A stretch of 64,000 bases of DNA from Octopus vulgaris (taxonomy: Eukaryota): the NCBI GenBank assembly GCA_951406725.2, contig OX597820.1, forward strand, positions 118,048,001 to 118,112,000, written 5' to 3'. Both the position numbers and the translations under genes were made by a program. This document shows positions 42,078 through 56,198 of this stretch, piece by piece. The notes under the pieces are model-generated. The model searched no databases and was not told the DNA's origin. It saw only the letters and a list, made by a program, of their open reading frames with translations. Numbering within the stretch: position 1 is the first letter of the stretch; each line of letters begins with the position of its first letter.

Positions 42078-42167
<90 letters not shown>
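42077..42167. repeat. (TCTA)n microsatellite with no insertion
   Basis: Direct reading. Confidence 0.95.
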
Positions 42168-43083
42168 ATATATATCCATGCATACATACGTACATGCATG
42201 CATGCATCCATCCATCCATCCATACATACATATAAATTTATGTGCATCGGTATGTTGTATATATGAGAGAGTTTAGCCAAAATTAGATTCCTTAGACATC
42301 GCAAATACTTTCATGCATATATATATATATATATATATATGAGAGTGTGTGTGTGTGTGTATCTGTGTGTGAGCATATGTGAATATGTATATATGTACGT
42401 GCGTGTGGCTCACAAACAACATGTTTACCTCGTTATGGTGGTCGTACAGCTGATAAAACCGTAAGAATAAACTGCTTTAAATGATATTAAAGGAGATGCT
42501 AACACTCTATATAAAAATATTGTTAAAAAATCCATTTACCAGTTAATCTCAGTTAATCCTAATTTATAGCATGCTATTGAATCCGATAATTCGCATATCA
42601 CCATAACTCACTTGCCGCGTCTATTATAGTAGCTATATCTGTGTAAAGCAGACGTTAGCTATATCTGATTGTAATGGTCTTGTATAGAATCGATAGAAAA
42701 CAAATGAAACGGCAAAGTTTTGTTCAGCCAAAAGAGTTAGAAATGTTGTCATGAGAGTATTTCACATCTCCAGATAGGATTCGAGTTGCTGAGTCGAACT
42801 AATTTTACCAGAAAAGAAATCCCACAACCAGGGGGCAACAAGTGCCACTTGCCGTTTCTATGGATTTATTCTATTATCTTTATATTGTACTCGTTTCAAT
42901 TATTGGACTACGACCATGCTGGGGCAGAATCTTGAAGGGATTACTCGAATGAATCGATCCCAGTAAGTATTTTTTTAAAGTTTGGTACTCGTTCTGTCTG
43001 TTGCTTTGCCGAATGTTACGGGGACGAACACAAACCACAACAGTGGCGGAGACGCTCAATCACAAAGGCATGCGCGTACACAC

Positions 43084-43468
43084 TAGGAAGCACTCCGTCG
43101 GTTACGACGATGAGGGTTCCGGTTGATCCGACCAACGGAACAGCCTGCTCGTGAAATTAACGTGTAAGTGGCTGAGCACTCCACAGACACGTGCACCCTT
43201 AACGTAGTTCTCGGGGATATTCAGCGTGACACAGAGAGTGACAAGGCCGGCCCTTTGAAATACAGGTACAACAGAAACAGGAAGTAAGAGTGAGAGAAAG
43301 TTGTGGTGAAAGAGTACAACAAGGATCGCCACCACCCCCTGCCGGAGCCTCGTGGAGCTTTAGGTGTTTTCGCTCAATAAACACTCACAACGCCAGATCT
43401 GGGAACCGAAACCGCGATCCTACGACAGCGAGTCCGCTGCCCTAACCACTGGGCCATTGCGCCTCCAC
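43084..43468 (-). mobile_element. SINE group B, body type 2, with 13-bp TSD, nested in an old group A copy (about 42880-44127)
   Basis: Reverse complement of 9672-10059; TSD TGCGCGTACACAC at 43071-43083 and 43469-43481. Confidence 0.9.
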
Positions 43469-43472
43469 TGCG

Positions 43473-43523
<51 letters not shown>

Positions 43524-43537
43524 ACACACAAACACAC

Positions 43538-43922
43538 ACACACACACTCACACATATACACACACATGTAAATATATATATATATTTATCTATCTATTTA
43601 CCTATACGCACGCACACACTCACACATACACACACACACTCACACACACATATACACACATATAATTCAATAGAATCTAGGCACATCAATACGTAGGATG
43701 CCAGAAATGGCTAGGTACAACAATATAGGGTTCACAGTGAGGTAAAACAACCATGAAGGAATCCTACGCATTGATGTGCCTAGATTCTATTGAATTATAT
43801 GTGTGTATATGTGTGTGTGAGTGTGTGTGTGTATGTATGAGTGTGTGTGCATATAGGTAAATAGATAGATAAATATATATATATATATTTACATGTGTGT
43901 GTATATGTGTGAGTGTGTGTGT
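43538..43922. repeat. Inverted repeat, ~160-bp arms and 61-bp spacer
   Basis: ATAATTCAATAGAATCTAGGCACATCAATACGTAGGAT (to 43699) versus ATCCTACGCATTGATGTGCCTAGATTCTATTGAATTAT (from 43761); the adjacent microsatellite pattern is also mirrored. Confidence 0.9.
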
Positions 43923-44476
43923 AGATAGCGAAATACCAAATCCAATTTAAACCGTAGATCTGACGGGCTTCAATATTGTTTCCACCAACTAAATTCATTT
44001 ATAAATACTTTGGTCGGCCCGAAGTTATAGTAGGCGACACTTGCCTGAGGTGCCACGCAGCAGGATTGAACCCGAAACCACGAGGTTGTAAAGCGAGCTT
44101 CTTAACCACACAGCTATACCTGCGCCTATTTATACGGAAGTTAATTTCAGTAAGCTTTCGCTTGCTTACAGACAAAGTCACAAAATGTTAGATTCTTCAC
44201 CTCTCACGGTAATTGAAGTTATCTCCCTCTTTCATGAACTCTCCGAATTATAGTAGAACAATATAGTTGGAAAATGGCGTTGTGCCTCTTGTTATATGAC
44301 GGGAGCGACAGTCAGTACAGGACAGGATGTTGTATCTTTGTGATGTTAGAACAACAGAATTCTATCTCTAAAAAGAAATCTCTTTCGCACAGTTCATTCT
44401 GCAAAGTAATAACCTTGAAGACTTAGCTGAAAATGTATCTAAAGAAAGATAGAGAGATTCTCTAAGAGCCTGCACA

Positions 44477-45054
44477 TACGAGGGTGAGTCAAAAATTAAT
44501 GCCACTTTGTGTATGACAGGTATAATTACCAACACAGGAACATGTATCCTACATCAAAATGAAGCTGGTCCTCTGTGGATCACATCCCTATTTCTCAACA
44601 TAGTTACCGTTTCTCTCAATAGCAATGTTCCACATTCGAATGTGAGCATGTATCCCTGCCCCGTAAAATTCTGTTGACTGTTCTTTGAGCCACTTCTTGT
44701 TCACTACAGTTTTCACTTCCTCATCACTGGAATAATTTAGCGCCTTCTGACTATCATCTCTTCGGCTCCATGAAAGAGGGTTTGAGAGGCAAACATTATT
44801 CCAGTGACGAGGAAGTGAAAACTGTAGTGAAGAAGTGGCTCAAAGAACAGTCAACAGAATTTTACAGGGCAGGGATACACGCTTTCATTCGAAGGTGAAA
44901 CATTGCTATTGAGAGAAACGGTGACTATGTTGAGAAGTAGGGATGTGATCCAAAGAAGACCAGCTTCATTTTGATGTATGATACATGTTCCTGTGTTGGT
45001 AATAATTATACCTGTCCTAAACAAAATGGTATTATTTTTTGACTCACCCTCGTA
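44477..45054. mobile_element. Mariner-derived foldback (palindromic) non-autonomous element
   Basis: TA|CGAGGGTGAGTCAAAAA...TTTTTGACTCACCCTCG|TA; ~260-bp arms (44477-44736, 44795-45054); + strand encodes LAPSDYHLFGSMKEGLRGKHYSSDEEVK..GDYVEK* transposase C-terminus. Confidence 0.9.
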
Positions 45055-45365
45055 TAAGAAGAATTGAGGTAAATGTTGTTTCGAAATCTAATCAGATTTG
45101 TAGGCTTTGGGTTCAACATCAATAACCTGATGGGCGTTGAGTTAGAAATATACAATCGCTCGTTTGGAAGTGATATATAAGACCTTTAGAGTTATAGACA
45201 AGGATACAGTATCATAGACGCTCACAAAAAGGGATTTGAAGGACGTTCATGGCTATTCTCAGTCAAACGAACTATGTTATAACATTTTCTCTCAAATTCA
45301 ATCAATCAATTATTCAGTCAGTTAAATTTATCAGTCATCACTCTTACCGACCAACCAGTCACTCA

Positions 45366-45420
45366 GTCTGTCTGTCTGCCTGCCTGTCTGTCTGTCTGTC
45401 TGTCTGTCTACTTATTTGTA

Positions 45421-45454
<34 letters not shown>

Positions 45455-45462
45455 TCTATCTG

Positions 45463-45504
<42 letters not shown>

Positions 45505-45506
45505 CG

Positions 45507-45561
<55 letters not shown>

Positions 45562-45601
45562 GCCTGTCTGCCTGTCTTTCTGCCTATCTGTCTATCTATC
45601 G

Positions 45602-45667
<66 letters not shown>
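45366..45667 (+). repeat. (TCTG)/(TCTA)n microsatellite, 5' flank of the Tx1-like tandem pair
   Basis: Direct reading. Confidence 0.95.
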
Positions 45668-45670
<3 letters not shown>

Positions 45671-47057
45671 CTCGCCCGGCAATGGGCCGAGAGGAAACTG
45701 TCCCTAAAAGGTCGAGCGGAGGTGGCGAACACGTACATCGCGTCCGTCATCTACTACCGCCTGACCGTCGTACCTTGTCCCGACCCTACCATCACCAAAC
45801 TACAACGCATCCTCTTTCGCTTTTTGTGGAAAGGATGCGTCCCGATGGTCAGGCGATCCATTTGCTGTCAACACCCGTTAAAAGGAGGGCTGGGCATGCC
45901 GTGGTTGATGATGCGCAGACACGCGCTGAGACTGCGACATCTCTGGCTCTATGTAGACGACGGTGAACAGGTGTGGTCGCCGTTTGTGAGGCACGCTTTC
46001 CCGCAGCTCGTCTCCATGACCGAACTGCAGTCGTGGATCAAAAAGAGGCCGAGGAAGGGCGAATGGCACCGCGAGTGTCGCGTTGCTCTCAAGCAACTCT
46101 GCCGTCCTGGGTCGACCTTAAGTGACTTCAACACAACCAAAGCATTCTATAGGGGTTTAGTGGAGGGGAGGTACGACGACGAGCTCGGGGCGAACCTGGA
46201 CGTCGACGAGGAGTACCTGACCCGCCTGTTCAGGACGACTTTCGGGCCAGGGCCCATGGACAACTTCCAGAGATCCCTGGCCTGGCAGTGCTACCGAGAA
46301 GCGCTACCCGTTCGGGATAAGCTCTACAGACACGGCTCGAGAAACACGGGGCCGACATGCCCGAGATGCGGTCAGAGCGACGAAACCGTTCTGCACGCAC
46401 TCGTTCAGTGTCCAACAATTTCCGACCTGTGGGCTTATGTCGAACAACTGCTGTCACGTGTGGGACGAGTCGGTTTATCAGCTGAGTCTATCGTCAATAT
46501 TGTCACGCCTCCTTCCTTCAAACGGGAAGGAAGAGCTATTTTCATCATCCTTGTGGCTATGGCGAAAGAATGTATCTGGTGGACGCGTCTGAAAGGATTG
46601 GAGACAAACACTTTCCTCTCTGGTCAATCTCTCATCAACTTCTTCAAGTACCTCTTGAAAAGGAAAGTGAGAGTAGAGAGGCAAGTTTTGTCTAGCGAAT
46701 GTTTTAAAAAAAGATGGGTGAATGTAGCAAGAATGGCACGTATGAATGACGAAGCCACCTTGAGCATAGTCCTATGAACCCAGAAATCGAAAACAGAGAG
46801 TTGCTTATTTGCAAAAAAAAAAAAAAAGAAATATAAATGTGACATCATTGACCGAGGTTACCGTGGTCTTTTCCGTAGGCTTTTCTTTCCACGGGTAAAC
46901 CTCACCTGTCCTCCCCTTTACACTTCATATTGACATTTCTGTGATAACGATCCCTATTGATCAATTTTTTTTCCTCTCCCCCTTTTTTTTTTAACCCCCC
47001 TTTTTTTTTGTCCTCTTTCTCTCCTTTTACGATCCCTTTTGATCGAAACTCCCCCTT

Positions 47058-47093
<36 letters not shown>

Positions 47094-47166
47094 CTTCAAA
47101 AGAAAAGCTCTACCTTGTAATTTGTTCTATCTGTGTGCAGCCCTGTGTGGCTAATAAAGAAACATA
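45668..47166 (+). mobile_element. L1/Tx1-type non-LTR retrotransposon, 5'-truncated (uninterrupted ORF2 C-terminal ~370 aa ending 46777, plus 3' UTR)
   Basis: [34 protein letters not shown] and zinc finger CPRCGQSDETVLHALVQC are typical of the region downstream of the RT domain in L1/Tx1 ORF2; flanked by (TCTA)n. Confidence 0.92.
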
Positions 47167-47189
47167 TCTATCTATCTATCTATCTATCA

Positions 47190-47221
<32 letters not shown>

Positions 47222-47222
47222 A

Positions 47223-47314
<92 letters not shown>

Positions 47315-47315
<1 letters not shown>

Positions 47316-48467
47316 TGCTCTCAAGCAACTCTGCCGTCCTGGGTCGACCTTGAGTGACTTCAACACAACCAAAGCATTCTATAAGGGATTAGTGGAGGGG
47401 AGGTACGACGACGAGCTCGGGGCGAACCTGGACGTCGACGAGGAGTACCTGACCCGCCTGTTCAGGACGACTTTCGGGCCAGGGCCCATGGACAACTTCC
47501 AGAGATCCCTGGCCTGGCAGTGTTACCGAGAAGCGCTACCCGTTCGGGATAAGCTCTACAGACACGGCTCGAGAAACACGGGGCCGACCTGCCCGAGATG
47601 CGGTCAGAGCGACGAAACCGTTCTGCACGCACTCGTGCAGTGTCCAACAATTTCCGACCTGTGGGCTTGTGTCGAACAACTGCTGTCACGTGTGGGACGA
47701 GTCGGTTTATCAGCTGAGTCTATCGTCAATATTGTCACGCCTCCTTCCTTCAAACGGGAAGGAAGAGCTATTTTCATCATCCTTGTGGCTATGGCGAAAG
47801 AATGTATCTGGTGGACGCGTCTGAAAGGATTGGAGACAAACACTTTCCTCTCTGGTCAATCTCTCATCAACTTCTTCAAGTACCACTTGAAAAGGAAAGT
47901 GAGAGTAGAGAGGCAAGTTTTGTCTAGCGAATGTTTTAAAAAAAGATGGGTGAATGTAGCAAGGATGGCACGTATGAATGACGAAGCCACCTTGAGCATA
48001 ATCCTATGAACCCAGAAATTGAAAACAGAGGGTTACCCACTTGTAAACAAATGTGGTAACATATAACAACATTGACCAAGGTTACCGTGGTCTTTTTCGT
48101 AGGCTTTTCTTCCCACGGATAAACCTTACTTGCTTTCCCCTTTACACCATACATCATAACACTGTGATACACGATCCCTATTGATCGTTCCTTTTTTTTT
48201 TCCTCTTCCCCTTTTTTCCCCTTTTTCTTCTTTTTTCATTTCTCTTTTCTTTTGTTCCTTTTCCCTTTCTTTTTTTTTTCTTTTATTCTTTTTATTTTTT
48301 ATTCTATTTTTTTTTTCATTTTTTATTATTTTTGTTCTTTTCTTCCCTTTTACGATCCCTCTTGATCGAAAACCTACGCCACCCCCTTTTTTTCATCCCC
48401 CAAAAGAAAAGCTCTACCTTGTAACTTGTCCCATCTGTGTGCATCCCTGTGTGGCCAATAAAGAAAC

Positions 48468-48470
<3 letters not shown>
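47315..48470 (+). mobile_element. Second, shorter tandem Tx1-like copy (ORF ends 48009)
   Basis: Only about four amino-acid differences from the upstream copy; (TCTA)n at 47165-47314 and 48469-48624. Confidence 0.92.
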
Positions 48471-48537
<67 letters not shown>

Positions 48538-48559
48538 GCCTGTCTGCCTGTCTTTCTGC

Positions 48560-48627
<68 letters not shown>

Positions 48628-48990
48628 AAGATTATGACCTGATCTGTTTGTCTTTCTCACCATCCATCAATATATTCAAGATGATAAATGATATTTCTCC
48701 ACCACCCCTTTTCCGTCTCCTCAGCATCACCATGATCATCGTCATCATCATCACAGTCTATCTATACTCTTCACGATCATTCATCAATAATGAAGTATGA
48801 TCATTCTTGCCTTCCTCTCCCCTTCCCTCCCCTTGCCATGTATTTTGCATTTTTCATTCTCCTACCATTCCTCGAAACCCCTTCATATCAACCTCTCAAC
48901 ATCACATACTCATTTCCTCCATCACCCCCACCACCACTCTCACTTCCCCACCACAATTACATTTAATTCAATACTTCTGATATTCCACCA

Positions 48991-48991
<1 letters not shown>

Positions 48992-49051
<60 letters not shown>

Positions 49052-49119
49052 CATATATATATATACATATATACATGTATATACATATATACATATATAT
49101 ATATATACATATATATATG

Positions 49120-49150
<31 letters not shown>

Positions 49151-49301
49151 GTATATATATATGTATATCTATATATACATACAGGTGTATATGTATGTAT
49201 TTATGTGTATCGTCTGTCTGTGCATCTGTGTGTATGCCTATGTATGCATATGAATGTACATACATACATGCATACATATATTTATGCATATATATATATA
49301 A

Positions 49302-49395
<94 letters not shown>

Positions 49396-49520
49396 GTATG
49401 TATATACATATATGTATATATATATGTTTAAATCTATCTATATATGCATACAGACATCTATACATACATACACACGCACACACACACTCACACGCACACA
49501 CATATATATACACAAACACA
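48992..49520. repeat. (TA)n-rich microsatellite region
   Basis: Direct reading. Confidence 0.9.
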
Positions 49521-49953
49521 CACACATATATTCATCGTTTCTTCTTCCATTGTCACCCATCACGCCCCTCCCCTTATTCTACTTTCCAGTCGTCTTAATA
49601 TTTTCACTGCTGTTTCCTTCGATACTGATAAGTGTCTCTCTCTGCACGCTCAGGGTAATACGATATCGCAAACAGAATATCACACTGATAACATTATCGA
49701 TATAGTATGGCGATCATCATCGGCGAATGCCAGAGAGTAGCGATAATGCGATATAATTAATACGATATTGCTAATACAATAGCCGGAATGCGATATCCCT
49801 CCAATAAAGGACAAACAAGACGAACAAGAATCGCCATTATAAATCTTGTTAAAGAAATCTCTTACTGAAACTTCGAAAATAATGGACATCTTCACTTACA
49901 TTGCCGTTTATTATTATTTTATATATATTTTTGTGTTATTGAGTTTTGCATAG

Positions 49954-50006
<53 letters not shown>

Positions 50007-50007
50007 T

Positions 50008-50902
50008 GGTGGCGGGCAGGAAGAATCGTTAGCACGCCGGGCGATATGCTTAGCGGTATTTCGTCTGTCGTTACGTTGTGAGTTCAAATTCCGCCGAGGT
50101 CAACTTTGCCTTTCATCCTTTCGGGGTCGATAAATTAAGTACCAGTTACGCTCTGGGGTCGATATAATCGACTTAATACCTATGTCTGTCCTTGTTTGTC
50201 CCCTCTATGTTTAGCCCCTTGTGGGTAATAAAGAAATAGGTATTTCGTCTGCCGTTACGTTGTGAGTTCAAATTCCGCCGAGGTCGACTTTGCCTTTCAT
50301 CCTTTCGGGGTCGATAAATTAAGCTCAGTTACGCACTGGGTTCGATGCAATCGACTTAATACCTATGTCTGTCCTTGTTTGTCTCCTCTGTGTTTAACTC
50401 CTTGTGGGTAATAAAGAAATAGGTATTTCGTCTGCCGTTACGTTCTGAGTTCAAATTCCTTTCGTCCTTTCGGATCGATAAATCAAGTACCAGTTACGCA
50501 CTGGGGTCGATATAATCGACTTAATCCGTTTGTCTGTCCTTGTTTATCCTCTCTGTGTTTAGCCTCTTGTGGGTAGTAAAGAATAGGTATTTCGTCTACC
50601 GCTACGCTCTGAGTTCAAATTCTGTCGAGGTCGACTTTGCCTTTCCTCCTTTCGGTGTCGATTAAATAAGTACCAGTTGTGCACTGGGGTCGATATAATC
50701 GACTTAATCCGTTTGTCTGTCCTTGTTTATCCTCTCTGTGTTTAGCCCTTGTGGGTAGTAAAGAAATAGAAATAGGTATTGCGCCCGTCGCTACGTTCTG
50801 AGTTCAAATTCCGCCGAGGCCGACTTTGCTTTACACTGGGATCGATATAATCGACTAGTCACCACCCCATAAATTTGTGGTCTTGTGCCACCAGTAGAAA
50901 GG

Positions 50903-50903
<1 letters not shown>
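50008..50903 (+). mobile_element. Group C SINE multimer: one head followed by about 5 tandem body units
   Basis: Units start GGTATT at about 50056, 50239, 50422, 50586 and 50775; junctions AAAGAAATA-GGTATTTCG. Confidence 0.9.
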
Positions 50904-50983
<80 letters not shown>

Positions 50984-50986
50984 TTT

Positions 50987-51195
50987 AAGGCAGTGAGCTG
51001 TTAGAACCGTTAGCGCGCTGGGCGAAATGCTTAGCGGCGTTTTGTCCGTTCGTACGTTCTGGGTCCAGATACTGCCGTGGTCGATTTTGCCTTTCATCCA
51101 TTCGGGTCGATAAAATAAGTTCCATTTACGCACTGGGGTCGATGTAATCGACTTATTCCCTTCCCGAAATTTCAGGCCTTGTGCTAAAGTTTGGA
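50987..51195 (+). mobile_element. SINE group C, diverged, between (TTA)n tracts
   Basis: AGGCAGTGAGCTG head, GCCTTTCATCC..GGGTCGATAAAATAAGT. Confidence 0.8.
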
Positions 51196-51214
51196 ATTAT
51201 TATTATTATTATTA

Positions 51215-52626
<1,412 letters not shown>

Positions 52627-52751
52627 TCATTTATTTGCCACCAGGGCTGAAACCTCTGACAGACAGACAGACTACTGTCCGCTCTCACAGAATCTACCAG
52701 AACAAACAAGACCGAACGTTCTGAGAAGTAAAGCAATAATAATAATAACAA

Positions 52752-52965
52752 TCCTTTCTACTATAGGCACCACGCACGGATTTTTTGGGGGAGGGCGAAG
52801 AATCGATCACATCGACCGCAGTACTTGACTGGTACTTAATTTATCGACCCCGAAAAATGAAAGGCAAAGTCGACCTCGGCGGAATTTGAACTCAGAATGT
52901 AGCGACAGACGAAATACCGCTGAGCATTTCGCCCGGCGTGCTGACGAACCTGCTAGCTCGTTGCC

Positions 52966-52966
<1 letters not shown>
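52752..52966 (-). mobile_element. SINE group C
   Basis: Match to other copies. Confidence 0.85.
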
Positions 52967-53031
<65 letters not shown>

Positions 53032-53040
53032 GTAGTAGTA

Positions 53041-53162
<122 letters not shown>

Positions 53163-53163
53163 T

Positions 53164-53578
53164 ATAAAAGCACTGACTCGCCACAGTATAGGATGTGCTC
53201 TGAGAAGGGAGAAAGTATAAGCCATATTGTTAGTGAGCGCTGTAAGCTCGCACAACACGAATACAAAAGGAGACACGACAATGTGACCAGATATATCCAC
53301 TGGCTGTTGTGCAGTAAAGCAAACCTCGAGTCAGCCGAATAATGGTATGAACACAAGCCAGATGGAGTAATGGAAAACGAACGTTACAAAATGCTCTGGG
53401 ATTTTAACATGCAGTGCGACCAGTGGCTGTGTGGTAAAAAGCTTGCTTACCAACCACATGGTTCCGGGTTCAGTCCCACTGTGTGACATCTTGGGCAAGT
53501 GTCTTCTGCTATAGCCCCGGGCCGACCAATGCCTTGTGAGTGGATTTGGTAGACGGAAACTGAAAGAAGCCTGTCGTA

Positions 53579-53649
<71 letters not shown>

Positions 53650-54284
53650 ATGTGTTTGTGTGTATGTGTTTGTCCCCCTAGCATTGCTTGACAACCGATG
53701 CTGGTGTGTTTGCGTCCCAAAAGAGACCGATAGAATAAATACTGGGCTTACAAAGAATAAGTCCCGGGGTCGATTTGCTCGACTAAAGGCGGTGCTCCAG
53801 CATGGCCGCAGTCAAATGACTGAAACAAGTAAAAGAGTAAAAGAGTAAGAGTAAAGAGTAAGTCATAGAGGCGAGACGGCCAGATATCGTGATCATCTAT
53901 AATGGTGAAAAAGAAGTAAAGATAATAGATGTTGCAATACCAGGCGATTCGAGGGTGAAACAGAAAAGGAAACAGAAAAGACTGAGAAATGCCAACCACT
54001 GCGGGACGCGATAGGAAACTTATGGGGCATGAGGAAAGTAATGGTGATACTGGTGGTAATTGGAACATTAGGAGCAGTTTCCAAGGACTTTGAAAAACAT
54101 ATTAAGGTTATTGGAGCTGCTGTCAGGCTCGAGGTGATCCAGAAGACAGCCTCGTTGGGTACGGCTGGCATTCTAAGGAGAGTATTGTCTCTTTTGAGTC
54201 ACAGGAGAAGGCACTACTTGGAACCTTAAATGATTTGTTATTGCCTGCATTCAAGTAAAGAGCAACCGGTCTTTCAGAATAACA
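53164..54284 (+). mobile_element. R4/Dong-type 3' fragment (different subfamily) interrupted by a group A SINE
   Basis: YRMCSEKGESISHIVS..YKRRHDNV, LWDFNMQCD | VIEARRPDIV, VVIGTLG..IQKTASLGTAGILRRVL; (TAA)n on both sides. Confidence 0.9.
53422..53860 (+). mobile_element. SINE group A nested in a Dong fragment
   Basis: Match to group A; splits the QCD/VIEARRPD coding segment. Confidence 0.9.
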
Positions 54285-54310
54285 TGATAATAATAATAAT
54301 AATAGTAATG

Positions 54311-54353
<43 letters not shown>

Positions 54354-54354
54354 C

Positions 54355-54409
<55 letters not shown>

Positions 54410-54451
54410 GTAATGATAATAATAATAATAATAATGATAATAATGATGATG

Positions 54452-54537
<86 letters not shown>

Positions 54538-54604
54538 AATAATGATAATAATAATAATAATGATAATAATAATAATAATAATGATAATAATGATAATAAT
54601 GATG

Positions 54605-54662
<58 letters not shown>

Positions 54663-54673
54663 TAATAATGATG

Positions 54674-54708
<35 letters not shown>

Positions 54709-54714
54709 GATAAT
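54285..54714. repeat. (TAA/TGA)n microsatellite
   Basis: Direct reading. Confidence 0.95.
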
Positions 54715-55793
54715 TTCAGAAGGAAGGAAAACTGATCCAGATAGCGGCAAAACACGAGCAAAACAAAAAACTGTTCTCAGTATTTAAGGAAGCTGACAAA
54801 TACAAACAAGAAATCATACCACCTAATAAACATGAAGAAGAAGAAGAAGATGAAGAAACAACAAAAGCTATAAAACAAATGAAATCCAAACTAAAAACAG
54901 AACAGCAACGAACCATGATAAAACGATGGCAAGAAAAGCCCCTTCATGGTAAATACTGCACTAAACTAAACGCAAAAGAAATAGACAAAGAAAAATCCCA
55001 GCAATGGTTGAGAAGCTCAGGACTCAAAGCAGAAACAGAGGGATTTTTAATTGCAGCACAAGACCAAAGCCTCCCCACCAGAAATTACCAAAAACATGTA
55101 ATGAAAAGAAATATTACAAGTAACTGCAGAATATGTGGAGATGGACAAGAAACAATAAATCATATTATCTCTAGCTGCCCAGTCCTGGCTAAGAAGGAAT
55201 ATATTCACAGACATGACAGAGTTGGAACCTACATACATTGGAAGCTATGCCAACATTATGGAATAACAACAGAAAAAAGATGGTATAGGCACACACCAGA
55301 AAAGGTCACAGAAAACGAGAAAGCAACCATACTCTGGGATATGCCGATACACACAGATAGAGAAATTAAGGCCAACAGACCAGATATAGTTGTCAGAGAT
55401 CATGAAGAAAAAAATGCTTTTTAATTGATGTATCAATACCGGCAGATGACAACGTGTCTCTAAAAGAAATGGAGAAACTCTCAAAATACAAAGACCTGGA
55501 AATAGAGGTAACTAGAATGTGGAATCTGAAAACAGAAACAATTCCTATCATAGTAGGTGCATTAGGCATGATAAAAAAATATTCAGACAAATACATAACA
55601 AAAACACCAGGACTTACAAACACATATAACATACAGAAAATTGCACTACTAGGCACTGCCCACATCCTACGCAGAACACTTTCCATACAATAACCATCAG
55701 AGCATCACAACAAATCACAGCACATACCCAAGGCACACAGAGCTGCGCTCGGTAGTGAAGTGAAAGCACGCTATAAAAATAAAAATAAAACTA

Positions 55794-55798
<5 letters not shown>
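54715..55798 (+). mobile_element. R4/Dong-type 3' fragment, near-identical inverse of 51215-52372
   Basis: ORFs 54879-55424 and 55454-55693: CCHC finger, RHD, NRPDIV..LIDVSIP..EKLSKY RLE motifs; one frameshift. Confidence 0.92.
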
Positions 55799-55841
<43 letters not shown>

Positions 55842-55857
55842 TATGATAATAATGATG

Positions 55858-55910
<53 letters not shown>

Positions 55911-56019
55911 GATAATAATTATAATAATAATGATAATGATGATGATGATGATGATGATGATAATGATAATGATAATAATAATGATAGTGATAACAATAAT
56001 AATAATAATAATAATAACG

Positions 56020-56055
<36 letters not shown>

Positions 56056-56067
56056 GTGATAATAATG

Positions 56068-56161
<94 letters not shown>

Positions 56162-56198
56162 TAAGGATAATGATAATAATAATAATGATGATAATAAT
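55799..56198. repeat. (TAA/TGA)n microsatellite
   Basis: Direct reading. Confidence 0.95.

Noticed and set aside
45416-46777. 453-aa ORF as a host gene
   Set aside because: The first ~85 codons are translated (TCTA)n; the rest is a 5'-truncated retrotransposon ORF2
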